In this document: in pieces, positions 9,896 to 18,740 of the stretch | Numbering within the stretch: position 1 is the first letter of the stretch | Layout: each line of letters opens with the position of its first letter | IMG/VR virus record: IMGVR_UViG_3300028797_000004 | Reading direction: 5' to 3' (one strand) | Source of the DNA: a virus | Lineage: Duplodnaviria; Caudoviricetes | Length of the DNA: 64,000 nucleotides | The notes under the pieces: generated by a model | What the model was told of the DNA's origin: nothing | The model's input: only the letters and a program-made list of their open reading frames with translations | Databases searched by the model: none | Position numbers and translations under genes: made by a program

Positions 9896-11019
9896 TGTTT
9901 AGATCATTTAGATTTCGATTGCATTTATCTACATTTCAGTCCGCACAAGTTCGACAAACATTCGGCTGTTGCCGATTTGTCTACAATTATTTTCTAGCGG
10001 ATTCTATCAAACAATACAAAGCTGACAAACAAAGCTTCAACTTATTTCAAAGTTTCAAGCAGCTTTCAGCAATGAGGAAGCTGTCAGAGTACAGCTGGTT
10101 ACAACAAGCTGATAGCGAAGCTTTGAGATATGCTTTGAAGCAGCTGAACTCAGCTTACCAAAATTTCTTCAGAAGTTTGGAGTCAGATAAACATATATGC
10201 TTTCCGAAGTTCAAATTTAAACGATTTGCAAAGCAAACATATACAACATCGGCTGTGAACGAAGCTACATTCCGTATTGAAAACAATAAGATTTTCATAC
10301 CTAAATTAGGGTTTGTTAAATTCCGAGGTCGTCAACATATGCAAGGCAAACCGATTCATGCTACAATCTCAAGGTCTGCAACTGGAAAATATTATATTTC
10401 TGTTGTTTGCAAAGATGTTCAAATTGATAAGTTACCTGAAACGCATCAAAGTGTAGGTATAGATTTAGGTCTGAAAGATTTTGCAATCACCTCAGACAGA
10501 GAAAAATTCTCAAATCCAAAATTCTTCGCAAAATACCAAAAACAGCTTGCAAAAGCTCAAAGAAAGCTGTCCCGAAAACCAAAGGGCAGCCATAACTTCG
10601 AGAAGCAAAAGCTGAGAGTTGCAAGAATTCACGAGAAAATTACAAACTGTCGAACAGATTTCTTGCAGAAGCTATCAACAAGTTTGATTCGCAGATATGA
10701 TATCCTCTGCATTGAAGACCTGTCAGTGCAAGGCATGATGCAGAATCATAAGCTTGCAAAATCAATTGCGGATGTTTCTTGGTCACGATTTGTATCAATG
10801 CTGAGCTACAAAGCTGAGTGGTATGGTAGAACTCTCCAGAAAATCAACAAGTTCTATCCAAGTTCACAATTGTGCAGCTGCTGCGGGCATCAGAATCCAG
10901 ATGTCAAAGACTTAGCAGTTCGCAGATGGATCTGCCCACAGTGCAACACAGAACACGACAGAGATACCAACGCAGCGAAAAACATTTTAGCTGAAGGTCT
11001 CAGATTACTTTCAGCTTAA
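9895..11019 (+). CDS. tnpB: RNA-guided endonuclease TnpB (IS200/IS605 OrfB), no recognisable transposon ends
   Basis: N-terminal HTH ([10 protein letters not shown]), RuvC GIDLG / IEDL / DRDTNAA, CSCCG..CPQC zinc finger; GTG start overlaps upstream TAG. Confidence 0.95.
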   Translation: MFRSFRFRLHLSTFQSAQVRQTFGCCRFVYNYFLADSIKQYKADKQSFNLFQSFKQLSAMRKLSEYSWLQQADSEALRYALKQLNSAYQNFFRSLESDKHICFPKFKFKRFAKQTYTTSAVNEATFRIENNKIFIPKLGFVKFRGRQHMQGKPIHATISRSATGKYYISVVCKDVQIDKLPETHQSVGIDLGLKDFAITSDREKFSNPKFFAKYQKQLAKAQRKLSRKPKGSHNFEKQKLRVARIHEKITNCRTDFLQKLSTSLIRRYDILCIEDLSVQGMMQNHKLAKSIADVSWSRFVSMLSYKAEWYGRTLQKINKFYPSSQLCSCCGHQNPDVKDLAVRRWICPQCNTEHDRDTNAAKNILAEGLRLLSA

Positions 11020-11031
11020 AATCGTTATGAT

Positions 11032-11155
11032 ACGGTGAGCCACACCGGAATTCACGCCTTTGGAGATCTGATAAGACTTGCGCGCAAGCGCAAGCAAGGT
11101 CGTCGAACAAGGAAGAAACAGATTGTTTCGTGGCGTTATAGAATACATACAAATC
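11032..11155 (+). ncRNA. Putative TnpB omegaRNA scaffold plus guide
   Basis: ACGGTGAGCCACACCGGAATTCACGCCTTTGGAGA...TAAGAC...GAACAAGGAA scaffold typical of IS605 right ends; GCCAC(11039-43) can pair with GTGGC(11130-34). Confidence 0.7.
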
Positions 11156-11185
11156 TACTGTTACTGAATGGAAGGAGTAACTACT

Positions 11186-13006
11186 ATGTATAAAATTCAA
11201 AGCATAGAAATTCAGGGTCTGCACAATGTGATGCATGAGAAATACGACCTTGATAATTTCAATTATTTCTACGGCAAGAATGGCGCAGGTAAATCGACTA
11301 TACTTAATGCGATCCAGCTTGCATTGCTTGGCTACATTCCTGGTACAGCTAAGACCAATGTAGCTATCATGAAGCATGCTAACGGCAACTTGCTTGACGT
11401 CAAAGCTACAATTACTGACGATTCTGATGCAACAATCGTAGTAGAACGTATGTGGGTGCAGAAGGGTGCGTCTGTTTCGTCCACTACTACAGTTACACCT
11501 GAAGTGGATCTGTCAACTATCTTAGGTGATCTGTCGGTTCCTGTTTTTGATTTCAATGAGTTTCTTAACCAGTCAGCTAATTCACTGAAAGCTTGGTTCA
11601 TTGATATACTTCCACCTGTTGAGTCTGAAGTAGATCTTGCTAGCGAGCTTGAGAAGTCTGGTGCTGATTATCGTGTAACTGCAGCTGCGTATTACCTTGC
11701 TGGTGTAGCGGATCGTATCTGCTCAAACAGCGGTGATCTTATATCTAAACTTCAGGCAGGCGTAGATATTGTCAAAGATGAAATTTCAGCTATGAAGGGG
11801 CAGATTGAAGCAAATCAGAAAACAATCAATACACTTATCTTCTATGATGAGACCTTACCTGGTAGCATAGATGCAGCAAAATCAGCTTATGAAGCAGCTA
11901 TCCTGAAGTCGAATGCGGCAAGAGATAGATTCACAGAAGTGAAATCAAAGCAAAATCTCCTTATACAGCTGGATTCGCTTAATGCTTCACTTGCAGAATC
12001 TATGGATGCTGATGAAGCTCTGAAGTCTGCTAGAACACGACGTATTGCAACAGCTGCAGCACTTCATGAGAACGAAAAGCTTCAGAATGAGCTTCGTACA
12101 GAAATTGATACGCTCAAGAATGATCTCACAACCCTTCAGCCGATTATCAATAGTCATGGTCAATGTCCGTTTACAAAGTCTGTATGTTTAACTATTGATG
12201 AGAAACGCGAATCGGCTCAGAAAGATTTTGATGAGAAGTATGCAAGAAAAGCAATGCTTGACTCTAAGTACAACGCAACTACAATGACTATCAATACAAA
12301 TCGAGCTGAGCTGCAAACGCTTGACAAAACTATTGCCAACATTGAAGCTCAGTACACCAAGCGAGATGAGCTTCGTCAGTTAGTAGGCAGTGCAGAGGTA
12401 GTGGATCTTTCTGTTTTGGAAGCAGATATTCAGGAAGCTTCACAAGAGATGCTTACAGCAAGGGAAGCTCTGTCTAAGGTAGAAGCTAATCACAAGTTCA
12501 CAGAACTTAGTGAGAAACTCACAATGGAGAAGGTTGTCTGCGAAGCAAATCTCAATGTGCTGAAAGCTTGGGAGAAGATCCTTGGGCCTAACGGTTTACA
12601 GACCACTGCTGCTAAAGCAACATTCAATCAGCTTGCATCAAAGATATCTGCATATCTTACAAAGCTGCTTGGCGAACCTTGTGAAGCTGGTTTTACACTT
12701 ACAGCTAAAGCAAACTCGTTTGACTTCGGCATCAAACGCGGAGATACATATGTGAACTTCACAACATTGTCTAGCGGAGAGCAGTGCATTTACACACTTG
12801 CGATGTTGCTTGCACTTACAGAGACTGCCGATACACAGATGCCCTTTATCATGATTGATGACCTTCTGGATCATCTTGACGTAGCAAAGGCGAGCGCCGT
12901 GTTCTCAACCTTGTATGATATAGCTGGTATACAAATATTACTTGCAGGTGTGCAGCCATGCGATCATCCTGCTGCTAACCAGTTTGTAAAAGTAATTGGA
13001 GGATAA
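11186..13006 (+). CDS. SbcC/Rad50-like SMC-family ATPase
   Basis: GKNGAGKS Walker A, long coiled coil with central CPF...C, LSSGEQ signature, IMIDD Walker B. Confidence 0.85.
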   Translation: MYKIQSIEIQGLHNVMHEKYDLDNFNYFYGKNGAGKSTILNAIQLALLGYIPGTAKTNVAIMKHANGNLLDVKATITDDSDATIVVERMWVQKGASVSSTTTVTPEVDLSTILGDLSVPVFDFNEFLNQSANSLKAWFIDILPPVESEVDLASELEKSGADYRVTAAAYYLAGVADRICSNSGDLISKLQAGVDIVKDEISAMKGQIEANQKTINTLIFYDETLPGSIDAAKSAYEAAILKSNAARDRFTEVKSKQNLLIQLDSLNASLAESMDADEALKSARTRRIATAAALHENEKLQNELRTEIDTLKNDLTTLQPIINSHGQCPFTKSVCLTIDEKRESAQKDFDEKYARKAMLDSKYNATTMTINTNRAELQTLDKTIANIEAQYTKRDELRQLVGSAEVVDLSVLEADIQEASQEMLTAREALSKVEANHKFTELSEKLTMEKVVCEANLNVLKAWEKILGPNGLQTTAAKATFNQLASKISAYLTKLLGEPCEAGFTLTAKANSFDFGIKRGDTYVNFTTLSSGEQCIYTLAMLLALTETADTQMPFIMIDDLLDHLDVAKASAVFSTLYDIAGIQILLAGVQPCDHPAANQFVKVIGG

Positions 13007-13011
13007 GAAAT

Positions 13012-13581
13012 ATGGAATTGGACTTTCAAGCTCAATATGCTGCAGCAAAGGTGTTTGGTCAGCCTTACATCTCTGAGCACATATATGACTGCGCGTTTAA
13101 AATATCACAGGCTATGAATCCGGACGGAAGCACGCTCTACTTGGGTGTGCTTCGCGGCGGCTACTGGTTTACAACGCACCTTACAGACTGTTTACCTGAT
13201 GGCCGAGTAGAATTCATCATAGCTCATAGCTATGAGAAAGATGGACACAGGTCCGAACTTACAATTGATTTCATGCCTACATTTGAGTCTGATGAAGTAT
13301 TTGATAACATTATCATCATTGATGATATTTGTGATTCTGGTCAAACTCTCAAGCAGCTTAAAGAAAAGATGCAAGAGTTGTATCCTGAAGCTAAAGTGCT
13401 TACTGCTGCTCTTGTGCAGAAGGTAGGTTCACCTAATCCTGCTGACTTCGCAGCCATTCAAGATACAACAAATACATTCTACTACGGGTGCGGTATGGAT
13501 AAGCCTGATGGCACAGCCCGAAACTGTGTTTCACTCTGTGCTGTAGATCCAACGGAGGTACCAGGTTATGAAGGTCACTAA
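13012..13581 (+). CDS. Purine (HGPRT-like) phosphoribosyltransferase
   Basis: GVLRGG, IIIIDDICDSGQTL PRPP motif, YGCGMD...RN. Confidence 0.85.
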   Translation: MELDFQAQYAAAKVFGQPYISEHIYDCAFKISQAMNPDGSTLYLGVLRGGYWFTTHLTDCLPDGRVEFIIAHSYEKDGHRSELTIDFMPTFESDEVFDNIIIIDDICDSGQTLKQLKEKMQELYPEAKVLTAALVQKVGSPNPADFAAIQDTTNTFYYGCGMDKPDGTARNCVSLCAVDPTEVPGYEGH

Positions 13582-14017
13582 GGGTACACTATACAATGTT
13601 CGAGTTCAGAAGGTCATAGAAAAAGGTGTGATTGTAGTCATGCCAGATAATACTACCGAATTCATTCATGTGTCTCGTCTTTCAGATAAGTACATTTCTT
13701 CACCAGAAGCTATCGCAGCCCCAGACATGGAATGGGAAGTAGCCGCAATATACAATGAGCGATTACAGAAAGTCGAGCTCTCACATCGTATGTCTGATAT
13801 TATCAAGTTGAAGCAATCTGATTCTGAATCGTTATTGAAAGCGAAGAAAAATTTCAGCCGTAAGCAACCGCACAAGGTTGATCCGAAAGAAACTTTCATT
13901 CCGAAGCAGCATGCACCTAAATCATTTGATGCTATGATAGCTGACGCTAACAAGGTGCTTGCTGATAAGCGCAAAGCTGTAGAGCATGATATGAAACGTA
14001 GACCGAGGAGGAAGTGA
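13568..14017 (+). CDS. S1-domain RNA-binding protein (YabR/YugI-like)
   Basis: S1 pattern (GVIV...FIHVSRLS...VELS) and SFDAM..D..K tail. Confidence 0.7.
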   Translation: MKVTKGTLYNVRVQKVIEKGVIVVMPDNTTEFIHVSRLSDKYISSPEAIAAPDMEWEVAAIYNERLQKVELSHRMSDIIKLKQSDSESLLKAKKNFSRKQPHKVDPKETFIPKQHAPKSFDAMIADANKVLADKRKAVEHDMKRRPRRK

Positions 14018-14021
14018 TCTT

Positions 14022-14408
14022 ATGTCCCCATATCGAGTTGTTGTCCGCGAGCACGATTGTTCATTGCAGATATATCAAGCGATGCACAGCCCTGACGAAG
14101 CTACCGAAAGGCGTAAGATCTACATACTTCGCAGAGTTCAAGGTGAATTGCTGAACCCTACTCTAGATGAGAAGATAGCCGATAGCTATATCATGGTAGA
14201 TAGAGTGAATTCCTTGATATGTGATTCCTATGATATTGTGGAGAATACAGCTTTACCTCAGAAGTATGCATGCGTGCACACTAGTAACATGAACGATTCA
14301 AAACAGTACGCACTTCCTGGCCGCTGTATGCTGATATCTGAGTGTCTGCGCTCTTGTATGCTTGACTATGCAAAGAAAAAGAATCTGACTATTACAGAAG
14401 TTATTTGA
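14022..14408 (+). CDS. Hypothetical protein
   Basis: ORF in operon with SD. Confidence 0.6.
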   Translation: MSPYRVVVREHDCSLQIYQAMHSPDEATERRKIYILRRVQGELLNPTLDEKIADSYIMVDRVNSLICDSYDIVENTALPQKYACVHTSNMNDSKQYALPGRCMLISECLRSCMLDYAKKKNLTITEVI

Positions 14409-14422
14409 GAGGATGAAAATGG

Positions 14423-14728
14423 ATGGCAGTAAAATACTACTCATCTGAGACTAAACAGTGCTATGATAGCTTTGTTGAGGCACAAGTAGCCGATATACAA
14501 GCGAAAGCAAATGCTCGTAAGTATGATGCACTTGCTATTGAAAGTTGTATCAAGAGCTTTGACAGCACTAAGCGGTCATACCTGAATGTGCTCAATGCTG
14601 CACAGAAAGATTATCGTAGAGCTAAACAGTCAGCTGTTAACTACCTGAAACGACATGGTGCATCAAAAGAAGCACTTAGTATCATCGAGAATGATGGAAT
14701 TACAGTTTCAGTGACTGTAGCTCACTAA
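14423..14728 (+). CDS. Hypothetical protein
   Basis: ORF in operon with SD. Confidence 0.65.
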   Translation: MAVKYYSSETKQCYDSFVEAQVADIQAKANARKYDALAIESCIKSFDSTKRSYLNVLNAAQKDYRRAKQSAVNYLKRHGASKEALSIIENDGITVSVTVAH

Positions 14729-14749
14729 TATGCAGGAGGTCAAGAAGAA

Positions 14750-15514
14750 ATGTTTGTGTCCGAGTCATTTTGCTCAATTGACGGTGAAGGCGTTAGAGCA
14801 GGACAAAAAGCCGTGTTCATACGTTTCGCAGGTTGTAACATTCGTTGCGAATACTGTGACACCAAATACTCGCTTGCTGAATCGCAAGCTAATGCAGCAT
14901 ACACATGCGCTGCTGATGTAGCTGAAGCAGTAACAAAATTCTGCGTAGAAGGTGTAGTGAATAACATCACAATCACAGGTGGTGAACCTTTGCTATATCC
15001 GGATGATATCTGCGCTATACTTGACCAGCTAGATCAAACACAATTTGCGTTCAGTATCAATATTGAAACAAATGGCACTATCAGCCCAGTTGAGTTCATT
15101 GAGAAGTACAAGAGGACAAGTTTCGCTCACTGCTTACTCAATGATTTGTTCTTCACTTTTGATATCAAAACTTATTCGGCAGGTGAAGATGCAAAGGCAG
15201 CTTGTATGCAGGGTGATAGTTTACTTCCTGTTATTGCAAGCTATTCACCTTACATAAACACTTTCACAAGAAAGTATAATGACGTAATCAAAGCTGTAGT
15301 TGGTTCTCGAGAGGATCTTGATTATATTCGCAAGATCTACACATCATGGATCACAAGACCTCATGAGTACCAATGGTACATCTCGCCAGTATTTGGCAAG
15401 ATAGAGCCTTGTGATTTAGTTGAGTATGTGCTCACACACAATGATTGTGCAGCATGGCGAGTTCAAATTCAGATGCATAAAATCATATGGAACAGTGATA
15501 AGCGAGGCGTATAA
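14750..15514 (+). CDS. queE: 7-carboxy-7-deazaguanine synthase-like radical SAM enzyme
   Basis: ESFCSIDGEG..AG...VFIRFAGCNIRCEYCDT, ITGGEPL, IETNG, QIQMHKIIW...RGV. Confidence 0.85.
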   Translation: MFVSESFCSIDGEGVRAGQKAVFIRFAGCNIRCEYCDTKYSLAESQANAAYTCAADVAEAVTKFCVEGVVNNITITGGEPLLYPDDICAILDQLDQTQFAFSINIETNGTISPVEFIEKYKRTSFAHCLLNDLFFTFDIKTYSAGEDAKAACMQGDSLLPVIASYSPYINTFTRKYNDVIKAVVGSREDLDYIRKIYTSWITRPHEYQWYISPVFGKIEPCDLVEYVLTHNDCAAWRVQIQMHKIIWNSDKRGV

Positions 15515-15515
15515 C

Positions 15516-15977
15516 ATGAAGTTCTATATTCATGCAATGTCTGATGCTAGGAGAAAAATTGAGTCAACTTTGCGTGACGCTACTCCGAAGATAATCGAAC
15601 ACATTGCAAAATTGATATTGATGCCTGATAGTGAGTCTCGCAATCATTGGGAGAAAGAAATTGTCACATTTATCAGCAAAGTTTCTACACTGAAAGGTAG
15701 CAATAAATGGCCAACTGCAAAGCAGATATTTAGCTGGACATATGGTATTGATCAAGATCTGATTCAACGACCAGCTTGGGTTAAGGTGTATATGCGTAAC
15801 ATTGCACGAGATGAGGGCTGCGAGTTTGATTCAAGTCGAGATTACTCTACCATATTAGATTATATTTGCTATCATTATTTTACGTGGCTGTCAGAGCAGC
15901 TGAGTCAACAAGGCATCATAGATCATCAGGAAGCTTATGTGCTTCTTGATGATTTGCTTGCAGATTATAGTTTATGA
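15516..15977 (+). CDS. DUF29-like helical protein with MKFYIHA leader (paralogue of 32485 and 37996)
   Basis: EHIAKLILMPDSESRNHWEKEI; KGSNKWPTAKQI. Confidence 0.65.
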   Translation: MKFYIHAMSDARRKIESTLRDATPKIIEHIAKLILMPDSESRNHWEKEIVTFISKVSTLKGSNKWPTAKQIFSWTYGIDQDLIQRPAWVKVYMRNIARDEGCEFDSSRDYSTILDYICYHYFTWLSEQLSQQGIIDHQEAYVLLDDLLADYSL

Positions 15978-15996
15978 GAAAGGGGTACGAATATCT

Positions 15997-16299
15997 ATGT
16001 ACACTGTAGACGATAAATACAAAATTCACAGAGAGCTTACTGAAAAGCTCAATCCACTGTATGTGGCTAAGAATACAGATTATGATGACAGCTTCGGCAA
16101 GAGCATTGATGATTCTGGCTATCTTGCAGCTATTACAAGAATGGAAGACAAGATGAGAAGAATCAAAGCTCTTCTGAGTAAAGTAGAGGGCAATCAGAAA
16201 GTTGCAAATGAATCTATTCAGGATACACTGATAGACCTTGCGAATTACTCTCTGATGCTTGCTACAGAGGTAGAGCTTAGAGCTAACAACATAGACTGA
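15997..16299 (+). CDS. Nucleotide-modification-associated domain 1 (DUF1599-like) protein
   Basis: KNTDYDDSF...RMEDKMRRI...ESIQDTLIDLANYS. Confidence 0.8.
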   Translation: MYTVDDKYKIHRELTEKLNPLYVAKNTDYDDSFGKSIDDSGYLAAITRMEDKMRRIKALLSKVEGNQKVANESIQDTLIDLANYSLMLATEVELRANNID

Positions 16300-16543
16300 T
16301 GCTTGAATCGTTATAATAATTGAAGGAAGAAAGCCAACTTCCTTTCGCAGTTATTCAGCCGAGGTTTTTGAAAGTATTTACTCGGTGAAGACCGCTCCTT
16401 ACATCAAAGTACTCCGCCTGGTGCTCACACCACTAGGCGGGCATGGGCTACTTGAGGTAGTGACTTGGGCAGCCCTTCCAAAATACATCCGTTCTATCTC
16501 CGTGACGCACTTGTCACCCCCTGACGTGCGTCACACTCTTTCT

Positions 16544-16623
16544 TGGGGTATCGTCAAGCGGTTCAAGACAGCAGATTTTGATTCTGCCATATGTCGGGAG
16601 TTCAAATCTCTCTACCCCAACCA
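16544..16623 (+). tRNA. tRNA-Gln(TTG)
   Basis: Cloverleaf TGGGGTA/TACCCCA, GCAGA-TTTTGAT-TCTGC, TTCAAAT T-loop, encoded CCA; 8-nt variable loop. Confidence 0.9.
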
Positions 16624-17115
16624 TCGTTCCAACAGGTAGGACGAATACAGTGATTCAGAGCAATAGTGTGTAAGTGGTGAGGAAGAAACGCAGACATGAT
16701 ATACTACACTAGTATAGCTTGTGAGACTGCTGACGACACCCATCTGAGCTCTGACACGATGCAGAATAGGTAAATTACTATGATGCATCTCCAATAGGTG
16801 AAGAGACTCCTTAGCTGTTTGCAAGCGGCTTAAACAAATCTCCGAGGGAGCGACACCCGGGAACCACAGGCGTTGAGTGGTGGGCACTAAAAAGCCGTGC
16901 TAGGTATTCCTTCGCACGTAAAACCTTTGGAATCATGTGAGTGGTCTATGACGCAAGGCGCACTCACACAGCTGATAGCGTCGAGGTAATGACTTGTCGC
17001 TGTCTCCGATAATCGAGATAAGTGCCCGTTCGCAGACGTGCTGATGAGGAATCAGGAATCAGTCGCGGAGCTGGTTTGTAGTGGAGTTTGAGGAACAGCT
17101 TATCTCGATAATAGC

Positions 17116-17200
17116 GCAGATGTGGTGAAACTGGAAGACACGCGAGATTTAGGTTCTCGTACCGAAAGGTGTGTAGGTTCAAATCCTATCATCTGCACCA
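17116..17200 (+). tRNA. tRNA-Leu(TAG)
   Basis: GCAGATG/CATCTGC, CGAGA-TTTAGGT-TCTCG, long variable arm, A73, CCA. Confidence 0.92.
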
Positions 17201-17433
17201 GTACACGAGGCTTCTGACCCATTGAGCCTAGTGTATGATTTTTCAGGCTTGTGGCGTTGTACATAAGCTACTTTCCTCATGTAGCTGCCGGTTTCCGCAC
17301 TTCCGGCAGCAAATGGTCAAGTTGAGGTAATGACTTGATTTGATCACCAATAGGGTTGCCTCCTACTTTAACCTCGGGAGTTGCTCCCGAACCCCTTTGC
17401 CATCAGAGCGGTGAGCACACACCGCTCTGGCAC

Positions 17434-17507
17434 GCAGATGTAGCACAACGGTAGTGCATCAGCTTCCCAAGCTGAGGACACGAGTTCGACACTCGTTATC
17501 TGCTCCA
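17434..17507 (+). tRNA. tRNA-Gly(CCC)
   Basis: GCAGATG/TATCTGC, TCAGC-TTCCCAA-GCTGA, U73, CCA. Confidence 0.92.
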
Positions 17508-17592
17508 GTAGTCTCTACCTGGCATGATAGATTCGACTACACTTTTTCAGCGTTTGAAAGGTTCTCTCAGAATTGCAGCTCTGAGAGGATCT

Positions 17593-17670
17593 CCTCACTT
17601 AGCTTAACAGCTAAAAGCAGTCAGTCTGCAGCTGACATATTACCGAGGGCAGCACCGGTAGTGAGGACCA
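17593..17670 (+). ncRNA. Non-canonical tRNA-like element (nominal anticodon TGC)
   Basis: Perfect acceptor CCTCACT/AGTGAGG+ACCA, D stem GCTT/AAGC, GTCAG/CTGAC arm; T-loop GGCAGCA, no U33, no G3:U70. Confidence 0.7.
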
Positions 17671-17709
17671 AGTGACGTTTCCATACAGTCACTCACAACC
17701 TTTCGGCAG

Positions 17710-17743
17710 AACCTCCAGCGAAATAAGCTGGAGGTTTTGTTTT
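17710..17743 (+). terminator. Intrinsic terminator closing the RNA operon
   Basis: AACCTCCAGC-GAAATAA-GCTGGAGGTT + TTGTTTT. Confidence 0.85.
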
Positions 17744-17804
17744 ATACGAATCGTTAATATTCTTGAGAACATTTATATGTTATTCACGAAAGGAGTAGTC
17801 AAAT

Positions 17805-18740
17805 ATGCAGAAATTTTATAGTAAATATAGACGAGGTGACGTCTGGTTCCTTAAATTCCACACAGAGCGTGGTGATGGCAATGATAATAGTTCAGTGCAG
17901 AAAAAGTCTAGACCATATGTCATCGTGTCTTGTGAGGAGAATAACAATAACGCACCTACATTCAATGTATGCCCGATCTCTTCAAGAGATAATGATCACC
18001 TTCCACCACATGTATACTTCAGATATGAAGATGGGACTGAGTCTGCTAGAAATCAGCTTGTGTTCTGTGAGCAGATAACTACTGTTTCCGTTCAAGATTT
18101 TCTGAGAAGCGGATCGTACTTCATGTATTCTTTCTCAGTGGAGTTCATGGATAAGATTGACACAGCTCTTGCAGCACAACTTGGTCTCCAGATTCGTGTA
18201 GCTGATATGCACGTTCTAGAGTCCCTCATAGATAAGCTTGCAGCGCAGAAGCTGGAAGACATTCAGAGGTTGAGAGAAAAGGCACTAGAGTCTCGTGTCA
18301 ATGATTTAGCTGCTAAGCTTGCACAGCAATTCCACATTGATCTAGATGCTCAAGATCTCCTCAATGGTCTCACATACACTGATAAGGCTGATACAATCTA
18401 CACGCCTAAAGATGTGCTTCAGCAGATGAAAGAAGCTGAGGTAGAGCGCACCAAAGCTCCTAAGGCAGAGAAATCATACCATAAGCTTACTGTTCCGAAA
18501 CTTACAAATAGATCCGAGCTTACTGCTCCACCAAAGATAAATGCTGTACCTTTAGCTTCTCCTCCTGCTGCTGAGCCCACCAAAGTTAAATATAAATCCT
18601 GGACACTTGATATGAAAAAGCAGTTCTTAGACGATTACAAGCGATTGTCACTCAAAGATATACAGCTCAAGTATGATATGAAGAAATCCACAATTCAAAC
18701 TAATGCTTGCAAATTCCGGAAGGAACTTGGTATCAGATGA
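17805..18740 (+). CDS. PemK/MazF-family endoribonuclease domain + coiled coil + C-terminal HTH-like domain
   Basis: RRGDVW...Q.KSRPYVIVS...N.NAP...VCPISS...CEQITTV; C-terminal WT...LSLKDIQLKYDMKKSTI. Confidence 0.8.
   Translation: MQKFYSKYRRGDVWFLKFHTERGDGNDNSSVQKKSRPYVIVSCEENNNNAPTFNVCPISSRDNDHLPPHVYFRYEDGTESARNQLVFCEQITTVSVQDFLRSGSYFMYSFSVEFMDKIDTALAAQLGLQIRVADMHVLESLIDKLAAQKLEDIQRLREKALESRVNDLAAKLAQQFHIDLDAQDLLNGLTYTDKADTIYTPKDVLQQMKEAEVERTKAPKAEKSYHKLTVPKLTNRSELTAPPKINAVPLASPPAAEPTKVKYKSWTLDMKKQFLDDYKRLSLKDIQLKYDMKKSTIQTNACKFRKELGIR

Larger units (their letters stand above)
16321..17700 (+). ncRNA. Non-coding RNA operon: tRNAs embedded in about 25 hairpins and multibranch domains
   Basis: Starts after promoter motif at 16305, ends at terminator 17710; no credible ORF; near-continuous inverted repeats. 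Confidence 0.7.

Noticed and set aside
11135-11170. TnpB guide region resembles a Cas12a repeat (TCTACTGTT) and shares AATACATACAA with 1173-1183
   Set aside because: The GTAGA arm is missing, and an 11-nt AT-rich match without a plausible TAM is too weak; it may just be promoter-region sequence
16675-16745. Hammerhead-like words GAAAC and CTGACGA (also CTGATGAG at 17041)
   Set aside because: Stem II is not adjacent to GAAA and no stem III/UH site can be built; the second site has no GAAA partner
16800-16867. Possible extra tRNA ending GAACCA
   Set aside because: No 7-bp acceptor stem or 7-nt anticodon loop could be formed
17200-17430. Theta/HDV-like ribozyme 3' of tRNAs
   Set aside because: Only simple hairpins were found; the nested double pseudoknot could not be assembled by eye
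16385-17675. Short ORFs within the RNA locus
   Set aside because: They overlap tRNAs and hairpins, and have no SD or protein-like features
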